Virus record (IMG/VR): IMGVR_UViG_3300023703_000810
From: an uncultured virus (IMG/VR IMGVR_UViG_3300023703_000810)
Lineage: Duplodnaviria > Heunggongvirae > Uroviricota > Caudoviricetes
DNA: 59,919 bases
Direction: 5' to 3' (one strand)
The notes under the pieces were generated by a model, which was given only the letters and a program-made list of their open reading frames with translations, had not been told where the DNA came from and ran no database searches. This document shows positions 37,578 through 47,527 of the stretch, piece by piece (within the stretch, counting starts at the first letter, position 1; each line of letters opens with the position of its first letter). The translations under genes and the position numbers were made by a program.

Positions 37578-38553
37578 TAGTAGATTGACGGATGAGCGTA
37601 CTCACTTCAAACCGTTCAACTACCCATGGGCATATGACGCATGGTTAAAACACGAACAGGCACATTGGTTGCACACCGAAGTGCCAATGATGGAAGACGT
37701 AAAAGACTGGAAGAAAAAACTAACAAATGAAGAAAAGAAATTCCTTACTAACATTTTTAGATTCTTTACTCAGGGTGACATTGACGTTGCTGGTGGTTAC
37801 GTTAATAATTACCTTCCCTATTTTCCTCAGCCTGAAGTTAGGATGATGCTTCTTGGTTTCGCTGCACGTGAAGGGTTGCACATCGCTGCTTACTCTCACT
37901 TGATCGAAACCTTGGGTATGCCTGAGTCGACTTATAATGAGTTCTTGGAATACCAAGAGATGAAAGACAAGCACGACTATGTAACTGAGTTGTCTTCTCG
38001 TAATGGAACATTGGCATCTACTGCAGAACATATCGCTGTGTTCTCTGCATTCACTGAAGGTATGCAACTGTTCTCTTCATTCATTATGTTGTTGAACTTT
38101 CCTCGTCATGGTTTGATGAAGGGTATGGGACAGATCGTTACTTGGTCTATCGTTGACGAAACAATGCATGCCGAGAATATGATTCGTCTATTCAAAGAGT
38201 TCATTAAAGAGAATCCAGAGATCTGGAACGATGAACTAAAGGGAAAGATATATACAATCGCTGAAAAGATGGTTGAACTTGAAGATAAGTTTATTGATCT
38301 ATCTTTCGCTGGTGCTGACATGCGTGATCTAACAGCAGCAGAAGTTAAGCAGTACATTCGTTATATCGCAGACCGTCGCCTAATCTCATTAGGAATGAAG
38401 GGTATTTTCAAAGTTAAAAAGAACCCGCTACCATGGGTCGAAGAGATGATCAATGCACCTGTGCATGGTAACTTCTTCGAAAATCGTGTAACCGACTATG
38501 CTAAAGGTGCGCTTGGTGGTACGTGGGACGACGTATGGGGAAAGGCAAAATAA
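37561..38553 (+). CDS. nrdB: Ribonucleotide reductase class I beta subunit
   Basis: FFTQGD, EGLHIAAYS, EGMQLFSSF, DETMH, NFFENRVTDY. Confidence 0.96.
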   Translation: MVKKSNSRLTDERTHFKPFNYPWAYDAWLKHEQAHWLHTEVPMMEDVKDWKKKLTNEEKKFLTNIFRFFTQGDIDVAGGYVNNYLPYFPQPEVRMMLLGFAAREGLHIAAYSHLIETLGMPESTYNEFLEYQEMKDKHDYVTELSSRNGTLASTAEHIAVFSAFTEGMQLFSSFIMLLNFPRHGLMKGMGQIVTWSIVDETMHAENMIRLFKEFIKENPEIWNDELKGKIYTIAEKMVELEDKFIDLSFAGADMRDLTAAEVKQYIRYIADRRLISLGMKGIFKVKKNPLPWVEEMINAPVHGNFFENRVTDYAKGALGGTWDDVWGKAK

Positions 38554-38705
38554 TGGCAGTCACAAAACATTTCGAATGCAACAGCTGTGAGGCAACAGGT
38601 AAGATCGTCGTAAAGGGTGACGATCACAATCTATCTGATATCGTCTACTGTCCAGTTTGTTCAGCAGACATCTATGAAGAAGAAGAGTTCGACGAGGAAC
38701 AATAA
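38553..38705 (+). CDS. Small Zn-ribbon protein
   Basis: CNSC...YCPVC. Confidence 0.7.
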   Translation: MAVTKHFECNSCEATGKIVVKGDDHNLSDIVYCPVCSADIYEEEEFDEEQ

Positions 38706-39667
38706 TGAAAATTTTGGTAACTGGTGGGTTGGGTTTGATTGGTCACAATGTAGTTCAACGACTGCAATCATTGGGACATGAAGTTGTTATCGTTGATACG
38801 AGAACTACATACGGTATCATCCCACAAGCTGAGATTGATCATTTGATGGAAGAACGTATGAAGAAGATCGCTCCTTATACAGTAATCTATCCATACGATA
38901 TCTCAAATTCTGATGATATGGATTTTGTTATGGCAACTCACAAGCCAGATGTTGTTATGCATCTGGCGAGTTTCCCTCGACAAAAGGTAGTAAACTCAAA
39001 CCCACAACTGGGCGCAAAGACTATGTGCGAGGGTTTGCTTAATCTTCTTGAGACTTCTGTTGCTAATGGTATTGATAAATTCCTCTACATTAGCTCAAGT
39101 ATGATTTACGGTGAGTTCAAAGACAATGTAAAGGAAGACGCCATCTGTAAGCCAGAAGGACAGTATGGTATTATGAAGTACATGGGTGAGAAGTTAGTGC
39201 AAGACTACGAACGTAAAGGTTTGTTGAAGTCTATCACTATTCGTCCATCTGCTGTGTATGGACCACTGGACGTTGAAGACCGTGTTATCTCTAAGTTCTT
39301 ACTCACTGCAATGCGCGGTGGAGTTCTTAAGGTTAATGGTGTTCACGAGGTTCTAGACTTTACTTACGTTGACGATGCAGCTGATGGTATCGTTGCTGCT
39401 GCTCTCTGTGAAGAAGCATACGGTGGCACTTACAATATCACTAAGAGTCATAGTGTTTCTCTACATCAAGCTGCTCAGATGGCTGTTAAATTGGCTGGTA
39501 AGGGTAGCATCGAAGTTCGAGATAAGGATGCAGACTTTCCTTCACGTGGTGCTTTAGATATCACGAAGGCTAGAACTACATTCGGGTTCGATCCAAAGGT
39601 TGATGTCGAAGAAGGATTCGTTCGCTACTATGAGTGGTTGAGGGATTCTAGATACTATAACAAGTAA
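38705..39667 (+). CDS. NAD-dependent nucleotide-sugar epimerase/dehydratase
   Basis: TGGLGLIG, SSS, YGIMK, DFTYVDD. Confidence 0.92.
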   Translation: MKILVTGGLGLIGHNVVQRLQSLGHEVVIVDTRTTYGIIPQAEIDHLMEERMKKIAPYTVIYPYDISNSDDMDFVMATHKPDVVMHLASFPRQKVVNSNPQLGAKTMCEGLLNLLETSVANGIDKFLYISSSMIYGEFKDNVKEDAICKPEGQYGIMKYMGEKLVQDYERKGLLKSITIRPSAVYGPLDVEDRVISKFLLTAMRGGVLKVNGVHEVLDFTYVDDAADGIVAAALCEEAYGGTYNITKSHSVSLHQAAQMAVKLAGKGSIEVRDKDADFPSRGALDITKARTTFGFDPKVDVEEGFVRYYEWLRDSRYYNK

Positions 39668-39680
39668 TAAATAGTCCACT

Positions 39681-40106
39681 ATGTGGACATTTAATAACGT
39701 TATCGTTGAATCATTACCAGAAGACTGTGTTGGCTTTGTTTATTTAATTACGAACAAAGCCAGCAGTCGTATGTACGTTGGGAAGAAGTTAGCCAAGTTT
39801 TCTAAGACAACCTATAAAATGGTTACTCAGAAAAATGGTGTGAAGAAGAAAAAGAAGATCAAGTCGAAGATCGACTCTGATTGGATGGACTACTATGGTT
39901 CAAGTATCGAGCTAAATAAAGACGTAGAGTCTCTCGGGAAGGAAAACTTCACTCGTGAGATTCTTTTCTTTTGTAAGTCCAAAGCTGAGTGCTCTTACAT
40001 TGAGGCAAGAGAACAATTTTCAAGGAGAGTATTAGAATCAGACGACTACTACAATGGGCAGATTTCTGTCCGAGTCCATGGTTCTCATATCAAGAATAAA
40101 TTATGA
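39681..40106 (+). CDS. Single-domain GIY-YIG endonuclease
   Basis: GFVYLITN...MYVGKK...YYGSS...YYN. Confidence 0.8.
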   Translation: MWTFNNVIVESLPEDCVGFVYLITNKASSRMYVGKKLAKFSKTTYKMVTQKNGVKKKKKIKSKIDSDWMDYYGSSIELNKDVESLGKENFTREILFFCKSKAECSYIEAREQFSRRVLESDDYYNGQISVRVHGSHIKNKL

Positions 40107-41287
40107 CATATTTACTTTTCGCTATCGCATTAGGTTTATCCACAGTCGCCGAATGGTACGCCATTGTCGGTCTAATGGCTATCTTCGCATCAGCTCCAAT
40201 TCCTATCGCAATTATGGGTGGTCTGCTAGGTGCAGCTAAACTTGTAATCGCATCTTGGTTATATCGTAACTGGAAAGAAATTCCAGTACTGATGAAAACC
40301 TACTTCACGATCTCTCTACTAATTTTGATGTTCTTAACTTCAATGGGTATCTTTGGATTCTTATCAAAGGCTCACTTGGATCAGGCTGTCCCATCTGGTG
40401 ATGTTATGGCTAAGTTGAGTATCGTTGATGAGAAGATTAAAACTGAGAAGGATAATATTGATGCAAACCGTAAGGCTCTTAAACAGATGGACGAGGCTGT
40501 TGACCAAACAATGGCACGCACAGATAATGAAAACGGTGCCACTAAAGCAGCATCTCTGCGTAGATCGCAGCAGAAAGAACGTGGTCAATTGGCTTCGGAA
40601 ATATCCAAATCACAGACTAACCTTGCTGCCTTACAAGAGCAGCGTGCGCCCATCGCTTCTGAGGTACGAAAGGTTGAGGCTGAAGTAGGTCCAATCAAGT
40701 ACATTGCAGCTGTAATCTACGAAGGTACTCCAACCGATGACATCCTCGAAAAGGCAGTTCGATTCGTTACTATGATGATCGTTGCTGTGTTCGATCCACT
40801 GGCAGTTCTTCTATTGATCGCAGCTAACTGGAATATGAAGAGAAAAGATGCTAAAGTTCCAGAGCCTGAAGACGATTATCGATTACCAGACCCATACGTA
40901 GCTGATGTAGGTGAGCCACCAACGGCTGAAGAAAAGGTTGTATGGGAAGGTATTGATCATACACGTCTTTCATCAGATTCTGACGAAGAAGATGAGTTAC
41001 CAGAACCTGCCAAATCGTTGATTGCAGCTGCTAAAGAAGCCGAAGAGAATATTGCTCTAATCAACAATGAGATGGTAGTTGACCCCGAAGATGAACTTGA
41101 ACTAACTGTTGAAGAACCGTCTAAAGACTGGGAGCCTGCACTCTATGCTAAGAACTACCCTAAGAATACCGAAGAGAATGTCGGCTCTAGAGCACAATCA
41201 TTCTTGAATAAGGTTAAGGGTGCTGCAGGCGTGGAAATCAAGACTATTGAATCCGAAGTAGAAGAGTTGCAACAACCAAAATCCTAA
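40103..41287 (+). CDS. Membrane protein with coiled coil and acidic tail
   Basis: TSMGIFGFLSKAH, EVGPIKYIA, FDPLAVLLLIA. Confidence 0.7.
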   Translation: MTYLLFAIALGLSTVAEWYAIVGLMAIFASAPIPIAIMGGLLGAAKLVIASWLYRNWKEIPVLMKTYFTISLLILMFLTSMGIFGFLSKAHLDQAVPSGDVMAKLSIVDEKIKTEKDNIDANRKALKQMDEAVDQTMARTDNENGATKAASLRRSQQKERGQLASEISKSQTNLAALQEQRAPIASEVRKVEAEVGPIKYIAAVIYEGTPTDDILEKAVRFVTMMIVAVFDPLAVLLLIAANWNMKRKDAKVPEPEDDYRLPDPYVADVGEPPTAEEKVVWEGIDHTRLSSDSDEEDELPEPAKSLIAAAKEAEENIALINNEMVVDPEDELELTVEEPSKDWEPALYAKNYPKNTEENVGSRAQSFLNKVKGAAGVEIKTIESEVEELQQPKS

Positions 41288-41433
41288 ATATGTTGTAGCT
41301 TAGTTTACAACTTAAAGGCTTGCAATGCGCAAAAAAGATCACGGTTGTGGTCTTTTTGTCATGTCTATATCAATCGTTTCTGATTCGATAACACCACAAC
41401 AAAACATTATTCCTATCACCGAGGGTGCGTGAT

Positions 41434-42216
41434 ATGGATCCACTAACACTTTTTATGTTGGCCAACTCCGCTGTCGCAGCGGTGAAGCAGGGGTGTAAGC
41501 TCTATAAAGACATCAAGAGTGCTGCTGGGGAAGTCAAAGATGTTCTCAAAGACCTTGACGAACAATTCCATAAATTACACCCACCTGAGAAACCTGCTAC
41601 CGTAGAGCAGAAGAATCAATTCATCGAAGAAAAGAATAAAGTTCGTGAATTGAACAAGAAAGCCAACTCTGGCGAACACGATGGTATCTACCGTGAAATC
41701 GGTGAACATCTTGGTACTTACTACGATAACTTCTACAAGTGCTTGGCCATTATGGAAGAAGAAGAGCGTCGCGCCGAAACTGAAGTTTACACTGGCGATG
41801 CCTCTCTAGGTAAACGTGCCCTACAACGTGTTCTAATGCGTAAGCAATTAGAACAGATGTCTGTAGATCTACGTGAACTAATGGTCTACCAATCTCCACC
41901 TGAACTTGGAGCACTCTACACTGAAGTAGAGGCTATGATGAAACACATGGGTCAAACCCAACGTGTGCTTATCGCCAAACAGATGCGCGATCAAGAACGC
42001 ACTGAAAAGAGAAGAAAACATAGAATGCAAAAGCTACGCGCTGAGATCGCTATCGGTATCGGTGGTCTGCTAGTAGCTATATTCATCGGGTCGCTATTCG
42101 TATATGTGATTGATGATAGAATTAAGAAGTACCCGCATCTAGGTACTGAGTGGATACCTAAGACAGAAGAGCAGCGAAGAATAGAAGCTGCTCCAAAGAT
42201 ATGGACAGGAAGATAA
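41434..42216 (+). CDS. Hypothetical protein, C-terminal TM
   Basis: MDPLTLF..AN.AVAAVK; single hydrophobic helix. Confidence 0.65.
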   Translation: MDPLTLFMLANSAVAAVKQGCKLYKDIKSAAGEVKDVLKDLDEQFHKLHPPEKPATVEQKNQFIEEKNKVRELNKKANSGEHDGIYREIGEHLGTYYDNFYKCLAIMEEEERRAETEVYTGDASLGKRALQRVLMRKQLEQMSVDLRELMVYQSPPELGALYTEVEAMMKHMGQTQRVLIAKQMRDQERTEKRRKHRMQKLRAEIAIGIGGLLVAIFIGSLFVYVIDDRIKKYPHLGTEWIPKTEEQRRIEAAPKIWTGR

Positions 42217-42217
42217 G

Positions 42218-42364
42218 ATGTCTCTTAAAAAGAATTGGGATGATCTAATGGAATACAGTTTGGCTCTGGCTGCTGGTTTAGTAATGGTTATGGGAGCAGT
42301 TGGAGTATTATTCTGCGTAGGCTTGGCAGTTGTAGTATCAAAGGTGATGGATTTCATCAAGTAA
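42218..42364 (+). CDS. Small membrane protein (48 aa)
   Basis: Clean ORF, one long hydrophobic stretch. Confidence 0.55.
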   Translation: MSLKKNWDDLMEYSLALAAGLVMVMGAVGVLFCVGLAVVVSKVMDFIK

Positions 42365-42391
42365 TAAATAAAAGAAAACATGAGGTAATAA

Positions 42392-42928
42392 ATGGCAGAA
42401 GAAATCAAAAAGGCACCAACACGTAGCGAACGTGAAGCCGCAATCAAAGACAAAGCAGGTTTAGTAATCGTTGTTATGGCACTGTTCCTAGCATTGAACA
42501 CTTACTACTCAAACTCATTCAGCGGTGCTGCAATGACTAACTTGATCGAAGCATCCGACACTTATGGTTTCTTCCAAGCTAAGTCTATTAAGCAAGCTAT
42601 TGCTGAAGGTCAACTCGAAGAAGCCAAGAGTCCAGAACGTAAAGCTGCACTACAAAAGAAGATTGATCGTTATGAGTCTGATCCAAAGTCAATGGAAGGT
42701 AAGAAAGAACTTCTTGCAAAGGCTCAACATCTAAAGGAAATGCGCAACGAGGCTAAGTTACATAGCCCATGGTTGACTTTCTCTGGAATGCTATTCCAAC
42801 TTGCAATCGTACTCTTGTCTGCTTCTATCATTGCAGTTGACATTCGTATGTACTGGGGATCTTGGGGTGTGGGTGCTCTTGCATTATTCCTAATGACGCA
42901 AGGTATGTGGCTCTGGTTACCACTGTAA
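42392..42928 (+). CDS. DUF4337-like membrane protein
   Basis: ASDTYGFFQAKSIK, FQLAIVLLSAS. Confidence 0.7.
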   Translation: MAEEIKKAPTRSEREAAIKDKAGLVIVVMALFLALNTYYSNSFSGAAMTNLIEASDTYGFFQAKSIKQAIAEGQLEEAKSPERKAALQKKIDRYESDPKSMEGKKELLAKAQHLKEMRNEAKLHSPWLTFSGMLFQLAIVLLSASIIAVDIRMYWGSWGVGALALFLMTQGMWLWLPL

Positions 42929-42953
42929 TACTTTAGTTTTCTCTAACCAGAAT

Positions 42954-42977
42954 AACCCCTCTGCAAAGAGGGGTTTT
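42954..42977 (+). terminator. Intrinsic terminator
   Basis: AACCCCTCT-GCAA-AGAGGGGTTTT. Confidence 0.85.
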
Positions 42978-42987
42978 CATTTATCCC

Positions 42988-43016
42988 TTGACAAAACACT
43001 TGACTTAGGGCATAAT
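42988..43016 (+). promoter_or_regulatory. sigma70-type promoter
   Basis: TTGACA-N17-CATAAT. Confidence 0.7.
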
Positions 43017-43047
43017 TCACTGTGTTAGGGTTCATTGAGGAATAAAT

Positions 43048-43434
43048 ATGAAACTGTTATTGATTCGTGGTCTTCCAGGTTCTGGTAAGTCCACTTTAGC
43101 TAAGAACTTGATCGGATGGTACTGGCATCTGGAAACAGACCAGTTCTGGGGAAAAGACTACGCATTCGATGTAGCGAAGCTGGGCGAAGCCCACAAGTGG
43201 TGTCAAGATGAAACACGCAAGCTGTTGACTCGTGGCTTCTCTCCTGTAGTGTCTAACACATTCACTACTAAGAAAGAGTTACAACCTTACTTTGACATTG
43301 CAAAAGAATTTGGTATAATTCCAACTGTTATTCTGTGTCAGAACTCATTCGGTTCTGTTCACAACGTTCCAGAGGAAACTCTGAAGCGTATGGCAGATCG
43401 TTTTGAATATGACATTGGAGAATTGTATGAATGA
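43048..43434 (+). CDS. P-loop kinase (AAA_33/N4BP2-like)
   Basis: IRGLPGSGKST, AHKWC, VSNTFT, HNVP. Confidence 0.85.
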   Translation: MKLLLIRGLPGSGKSTLAKNLIGWYWHLETDQFWGKDYAFDVAKLGEAHKWCQDETRKLLTRGFSPVVSNTFTTKKELQPYFDIAKEFGIIPTVILCQNSFGSVHNVPEETLKRMADRFEYDIGELYE

Positions 43435-43690
43435 GACAGATGAGATTTTGCTTATCGGACAAGAAGAATGTGCCGAAGTAACCCAAGCGATTAGCAAGGT
43501 ATTTCGTTTCGGTATGGACAGCGAACACAATGGTAAATCTAACAAGCAACACCTAGAAGAAGAACTTGGTGACTTGCTTTGTATGATTGAATTGATGATC
43601 GAGAGAGGTATCGTCGATGGACAGGCTGTTGCACAAGCTGGTGTAGCTAAGAAACAAAAACTTGCCAAGTGGTCCAACATCGGGAAATAA
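43427..43690 (+). CDS. MazG-like NTP pyrophosphohydrolase
   Basis: EECAEV...EEELGDL. Confidence 0.8.
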   Translation: MNETDEILLIGQEECAEVTQAISKVFRFGMDSEHNGKSNKQHLEEELGDLLCMIELMIERGIVDGQAVAQAGVAKKQKLAKWSNIGK

Positions 43691-43691
43691 G

Positions 43692-43850
43692 ATGACAGAA
43701 GATCGTCAAGCAGTAATGCTAAAGGTTATGGCTGGTGAACTACCTGCAACGGCAGTCACCATGGAAGAATTACAAGAAGTAGAAGAACTACTTTTTGAAC
43801 TAATCGCAGACAGGGTAACACCGTTTGCAACTCACGAGACACTACAATGA
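43692..43850 (+). CDS. Hypothetical protein
   Basis: Tightly packed ORF. Confidence 0.55.
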   Translation: MTEDRQAVMLKVMAGELPATAVTMEELQEVEELLFELIADRVTPFATHETLQ

Positions 43851-43853
43851 AAG

Positions 43854-43882
43854 TTGCTTTGTAAAAAGTTATGGCGTATAAT
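43854..43882 (+). promoter_or_regulatory. sigma70-type promoter (probably leaderless transcript)
   Basis: TTGCTT-N17-TATAAT, ATG 6 nt downstream. Confidence 0.6.
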
Positions 43883-43888
43883 AAAAGT

Positions 43889-44032
43889 ATGAAACCTAGA
43901 GATCTGGTCGCAAAAGACCTTCGAACTCCCAAGTACCGCATGCGTGTAGTTGAGAGCAAGGTTAAGTACACACGCAAAGCTAAACACAAGAAAGAGTCTT
44001 ATGAAAGAGAGCAAAGTTCTTTACAAGGGTGA
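43889..44032 (+). CDS. 47-aa basic protein, ArfA-like
   Basis: LRTPKYRMRVVESKVKYTRKAKHK resembles the ArfA core (PLFRQRVEK...SYxRKGKH). Confidence 0.55.
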   Translation: MKPRDLVAKDLRTPKYRMRVVESKVKYTRKAKHKKESYEREQSSLQG

Positions 44033-44237
44033 GTTGTTTCGTGCTGGTCTTATGACTAGCGTTGATGTGATCGAACACGACTATGATGTCATTGAGGTTA
44101 CACTTCGAAAACAACTGCCTGATGATACTGGTGATTACATTCTAGACAACAAGTACCAGATGTTCTTCACTAACCGTGAATTTGAAGAGTTTTTTAAACC
44201 GTTTTTATATAATATGAAGGAAAGATTTGATGAGTGA
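44001..44237 (+). CDS. Hypothetical protein
   Basis: ORF from ATG 44001. Confidence 0.6.
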   Translation: MKESKVLYKGELFRAGLMTSVDVIEHDYDVIEVTLRKQLPDDTGDYILDNKYQMFFTNREFEEFFKPFLYNMKERFDE

Positions 44238-44493
44238 TATTAACCTTGATCCACTAAAAGAGGCAATTCTTGAAAAACTGCGCACTGACGAAGCAACCGT
44301 CAAATTCACAAAAGCCGATGGTACAGAGCGTACCATGCGATGCACCCTTGTCGAGTCTAAAATTCCACTCGACAAGCGACCAAAGTCAACAGAGGCGCAA
44401 AGTGCCAGCACTGTTGGATCCGCTGTTCGGGCATTCGATCTCGACAAAGGTGAATGGCGCTCTTTCCGTTTGATGTCAGTTATTTCTTTTTAA
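44230..44493 (+). CDS. WYL_2/SH3-like phage protein
   Basis: VKFTKADGTERTMRCTL...FDLDKGEWRSFR. Confidence 0.8.
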   Translation: MSDINLDPLKEAILEKLRTDEATVKFTKADGTERTMRCTLVESKIPLDKRPKSTEAQSASTVGSAVRAFDLDKGEWRSFRLMSVISF

Positions 44494-44505
44494 AAGGTGA
44501 TTATT

Positions 44506-44685
44506 ATGGGTAAAATTTTGATTTTGTTGATGGCCATTGCATTGGTCGTGTTGTTCCCCTTGGCTGTTATCTGGTCAGTGAACATGTTGTTCCCAGTTGC
44601 TGCAATTCCAGTGTCGTTTGATACTTGGTGTGCTGTGGTTGTGTTGGGTATGTTCTTCCGTGGTGAAGCTAAGTTTAAGGCTTAA
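44506..44685 (+). CDS. Small membrane protein
   Basis: Two hydrophobic segments; AAAGGTG RBS. Confidence 0.65.
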   Translation: MGKILILLMAIALVVLFPLAVIWSVNMLFPVAAIPVSFDTWCAVVVLGMFFRGEAKFKA

Positions 44686-44687
44686 AC

Positions 44688-45209
44688 ATGGAATATGAAA
44701 TTGCATTCGCATTAGCGTTCGGTGCTCTTTGCGCTGCCATCTTTTGGGCTCATCGTCGTAGTGCTCGTCTTGAGAAAGAACGACACGATCGTGTGATGCG
44801 TGAGATTGAAGAAAACAACGAGCGTATTCGTCAAGCACGTGCTGACCGTCGATCGAAACTGGCTAACTGGGCTACAACCCCAACTCCAGTTTCTGCCACT
44901 AAGGTAAATGAGACTCTTGCTCATCGTCGTCGTTACTCTGACGATCGTACTATGATCTACAACGATGATAGTGGTGATATTCTTACTGCAATGATTCTTC
45001 AGAATGCTCTGAACAGTCCTTCTGATACTGTTTCTGGTTCTGTTCGTTGGGATAATGATACACCGACTATCACTCCAACTCCATCGTACTCTCCATCTTC
45101 TTACGAATCTTCTAGTTCGTCTAGCTCTTACTCTAGCTACTCATCTAGTGATTCTTCTTCGAGTTACAGTTCTTCTGACAGTGGCTCATCTTCTTCATCA
45201 TGTGATTAA
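44688..45209 (+). CDS. Membrane-anchored protein with Ser-rich C-terminus
   Basis: N-terminal TM; low-complexity S/Y/D tail ending SSCD. Confidence 0.7.
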   Translation: MEYEIAFALAFGALCAAIFWAHRRSARLEKERHDRVMREIEENNERIRQARADRRSKLANWATTPTPVSATKVNETLAHRRRYSDDRTMIYNDDSGDILTAMILQNALNSPSDTVSGSVRWDNDTPTITPTPSYSPSSYESSSSSSSYSSYSSSDSSSSYSSSDSGSSSSSCD

Positions 45210-45217
45210 GGACATAT

Positions 45218-45478
45218 ATGATTTCATCCCCAGCAGACCGTAAAAAGTTTAAAGACGCTATCCAAGAGATTAGCAACTCAATGACTCGAAAAGAAGCCGA
45301 GTCTGATTTGATTCGAGAGATCGTGAAAGAACTCAATGCTGAGTTCCAACTCCCAAAGAAAATCATCAATAAGATTGCAAAGACTTACCACAAGCAGAAC
45401 TTCACTCAGGAGTTGCAAGACCATGAGGACTTCGAGACGCTGTACGAGGAGGTCACTGGAGTCCAAAAAAGTGCTTGA
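45218..45478 (+). CDS. dsbA: dsDNA-binding protein DsbA (T4-type)
   Basis: EISNSMTR.EAE...KIAKTYHKQNF...FETLYE. Confidence 0.8.
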   Translation: MISSPADRKKFKDAIQEISNSMTRKEAESDLIREIVKELNAEFQLPKKIINKIAKTYHKQNFTQELQDHEDFETLYEEVTGVQKSA

Positions 45479-45503
45479 CACTTAACCCGAATTGCGGTAT
45501 AAT
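45475..45503 (+). promoter_or_regulatory. Consensus sigma70 promoter
   Basis: TTGACA-N17-TATAAT. Confidence 0.8.
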
Positions 45504-45530
45504 ATATTATTAATTGGAGGCTAAGAACCT

Positions 45531-46634
45531 ATGGCGACTACCGCAAAACGTGCAAAAGCACACGCAACCCTGCGTAAGACTATCGATGAACCAATGTTGG
45601 ATCAGGACAACTATAATGTTTCCCTGACCAACGCCTTGGTTTGGTATCGTGATAACCTAGATGAGAAGAAGATTCGCAAATTCGCTTTGGAATACTTCGC
45701 AAAACTCGGCAAGAAGAAAGAAGTTCTTGCTATCAATAAAGCAGATGACTATGATGTTCGCCAACTTGGTGTGCTCTGTCGTCTCGTGTCAAACGAAAAT
45801 GTACTTAGCGATGACCACATGAAGACCATTGACAATATGGTTAATCACATCATCCGCAAAGAAGCATTACCCCAAAAGATTAAAGAAGATAAAACAGTTG
45901 CTGTTCCAGTGGCAACAGTATCAATCCAAGACCGCATGGACGAAAAAGCCCATGAGTTGGCTGGTGAGATTGAAGGTGCCATCGATGAGTTCACAACAAC
46001 AAAATCCTCTAAATTCTCTACAAAGAGTTACCTTGCTGCAAACCAAGTCGCAGCACCCATCGCAAAACGTATCGGTGATTTCTTCGCAGGACGTATTCCA
46101 GAAGTCAAAGAAGCACTTGATGGAGACGACAAGCAATTGGTTGAGGGTTACTCCAACTTCACAAAGCGAGAACTAAAGAAGTTCTTGACCTTCTTGGAAG
46201 AGATCGTCTCTGACTGCCAACAACAAGTTCAGACTGCTAAGGCTAATCGTGCTCCACGTAAACGTAAAGCAGTGTCTCCTACCAAGCTAGTGTCCAAGAT
46301 GAAGTTCATGCGTGAGTTCCCAGAACTTAAACTGAAGTCTTGCAAGCCAGAAGACATTATCACCTCCACTGAATTGTGGGTGTATAACACCAAGTACCGT
46401 AAGGTCACTGTGTACAAGTCTGATGGTGGTACACTGTCAGTCAAGGGTACAACAATCCTTGGATTCGATATCAAAGAGTCCAAGACACTTATGCTCCGCA
46501 AGCCAGAAGAATTCTTCAAGGGTCTTGCGTTAGGTAAGCGTGCACTGAATGGTGCACTAAAGAAAATCACCACAAAGCCTACTGTGCCGAATGGTCGAGT
46601 TAACGAAGAATGTATTTTGCTTGGAGCATTTTAA
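45531..46634 (+). CDS. Conserved T4-like hypothetical protein upstream of rnh
   Basis: QLVEGYS...LWVYNTKYRK...VKGTTI...LRKPE...NGRVN. Confidence 0.75.
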   Translation: MATTAKRAKAHATLRKTIDEPMLDQDNYNVSLTNALVWYRDNLDEKKIRKFALEYFAKLGKKKEVLAINKADDYDVRQLGVLCRLVSNENVLSDDHMKTIDNMVNHIIRKEALPQKIKEDKTVAVPVATVSIQDRMDEKAHELAGEIEGAIDEFTTTKSSKFSTKSYLAANQVAAPIAKRIGDFFAGRIPEVKEALDGDDKQLVEGYSNFTKRELKKFLTFLEEIVSDCQQQVQTAKANRAPRKRKAVSPTKLVSKMKFMREFPELKLKSCKPEDIITSTELWVYNTKYRKVTVYKSDGGTLSVKGTTILGFDIKESKTLMLRKPEEFFKGLALGKRALNGALKKITTKPTVPNGRVNEECILLGAF

Positions 46635-47527
46635 TGATACTAATTGATTACAGTCAGGTGGCGCTTAGCACCATCTTGACATTCCAACGAGAGTTGAAGG
46701 GTACTGAGTCTGAGGTTAAGAACCTTATTCGTCACGTAACTCTTTCAACGATCAAGTCATACAAAAAGAAGTATGGTAAAGAGTATGGAGAGATTGTAAT
46801 CTGTTGCGATGGTCGTAAGTACTGGCGCAAAGAATACTTTGAATTCTACAAAGCCTCTCGTAAAAAGAACCGTGATGCTTCTGATCTAGATTGGAAACTC
46901 ATCTTTGATACACTCACTGAGTTGCGTGAAGACATCGCCAAACATTTCCCATATCGAGTTATTCACGTTGATCGTGCTGAAGCCGATGATGTGATTGCTG
47001 TTATGACGAAGTGGGTTCAGACCAATCAGTTAGTCCAAGAAGGGCTTGTTGAAGAGTCTCAGAAGGTTCTGATTCTTTCTTCTGATAAAGACTTCAAACA
47101 ACTGCAACTCTATCCGAACGTGAACCAGTGGTCACCGATGCTCAAGAAGTACATCAATGCCACTAAGAAAGAGATCCAAGAGTTTATGATCGAGCATATC
47201 GTTAAGGGTGATGCTGGTGATGGTATCCCTAACATCTTGTCCAAAGACGATGTATTTGTTATTGGTGAGCGTCAGAAGCCAGTCTCTGCCAAACGTCTTG
47301 CTGAGTTCATTGAACTTGGGTACGATGCTTGTCGTAATGACGATGAACGCCGTAACTGGAAACGTAACTCTGTCCTTGTAGCATTCGATAACATTCCACC
47401 AGATGTGGATGAAGAGATCGTTGTAACATATCTAAATAACAAACCGACAGGTGATAAAATGTCGATCATGAGCTACTTGATCACGCATAAATGTCGTCTG
47501 TTGTTAGATGATCTGGAAGATTTTTAA
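46634..47527 (+). CDS. rnh: T4-type RNase H / 5'-3' exonuclease
   Basis: YWRK..F..YKASR, EADDVIA, SSDKDFKQL, GDAGDGIPN. Confidence 0.95.
   Translation: MILIDYSQVALSTILTFQRELKGTESEVKNLIRHVTLSTIKSYKKKYGKEYGEIVICCDGRKYWRKEYFEFYKASRKKNRDASDLDWKLIFDTLTELREDIAKHFPYRVIHVDRAEADDVIAVMTKWVQTNQLVQEGLVEESQKVLILSSDKDFKQLQLYPNVNQWSPMLKKYINATKKEIQEFMIEHIVKGDAGDGIPNILSKDDVFVIGERQKPVSAKRLAEFIELGYDACRNDDERRNWKRNSVLVAFDNIPPDVDEEIVVTYLNNKPTGDKMSIMSYLITHKCRLLLDDLEDF

Noticed and set aside
10594..38553. Introns or inteins in gp43, gp41, thyX, nrdA or nrdB
   Set aside because: The ORFs are continuous and of normal or short length, with no intein-like insertions visible.
45080..45205. TCT/AGT-rich low-complexity tract as a DNA repeat element
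   Set aside because: It encodes the Ser-rich tail of the 44688-45209 protein using mixed codons.
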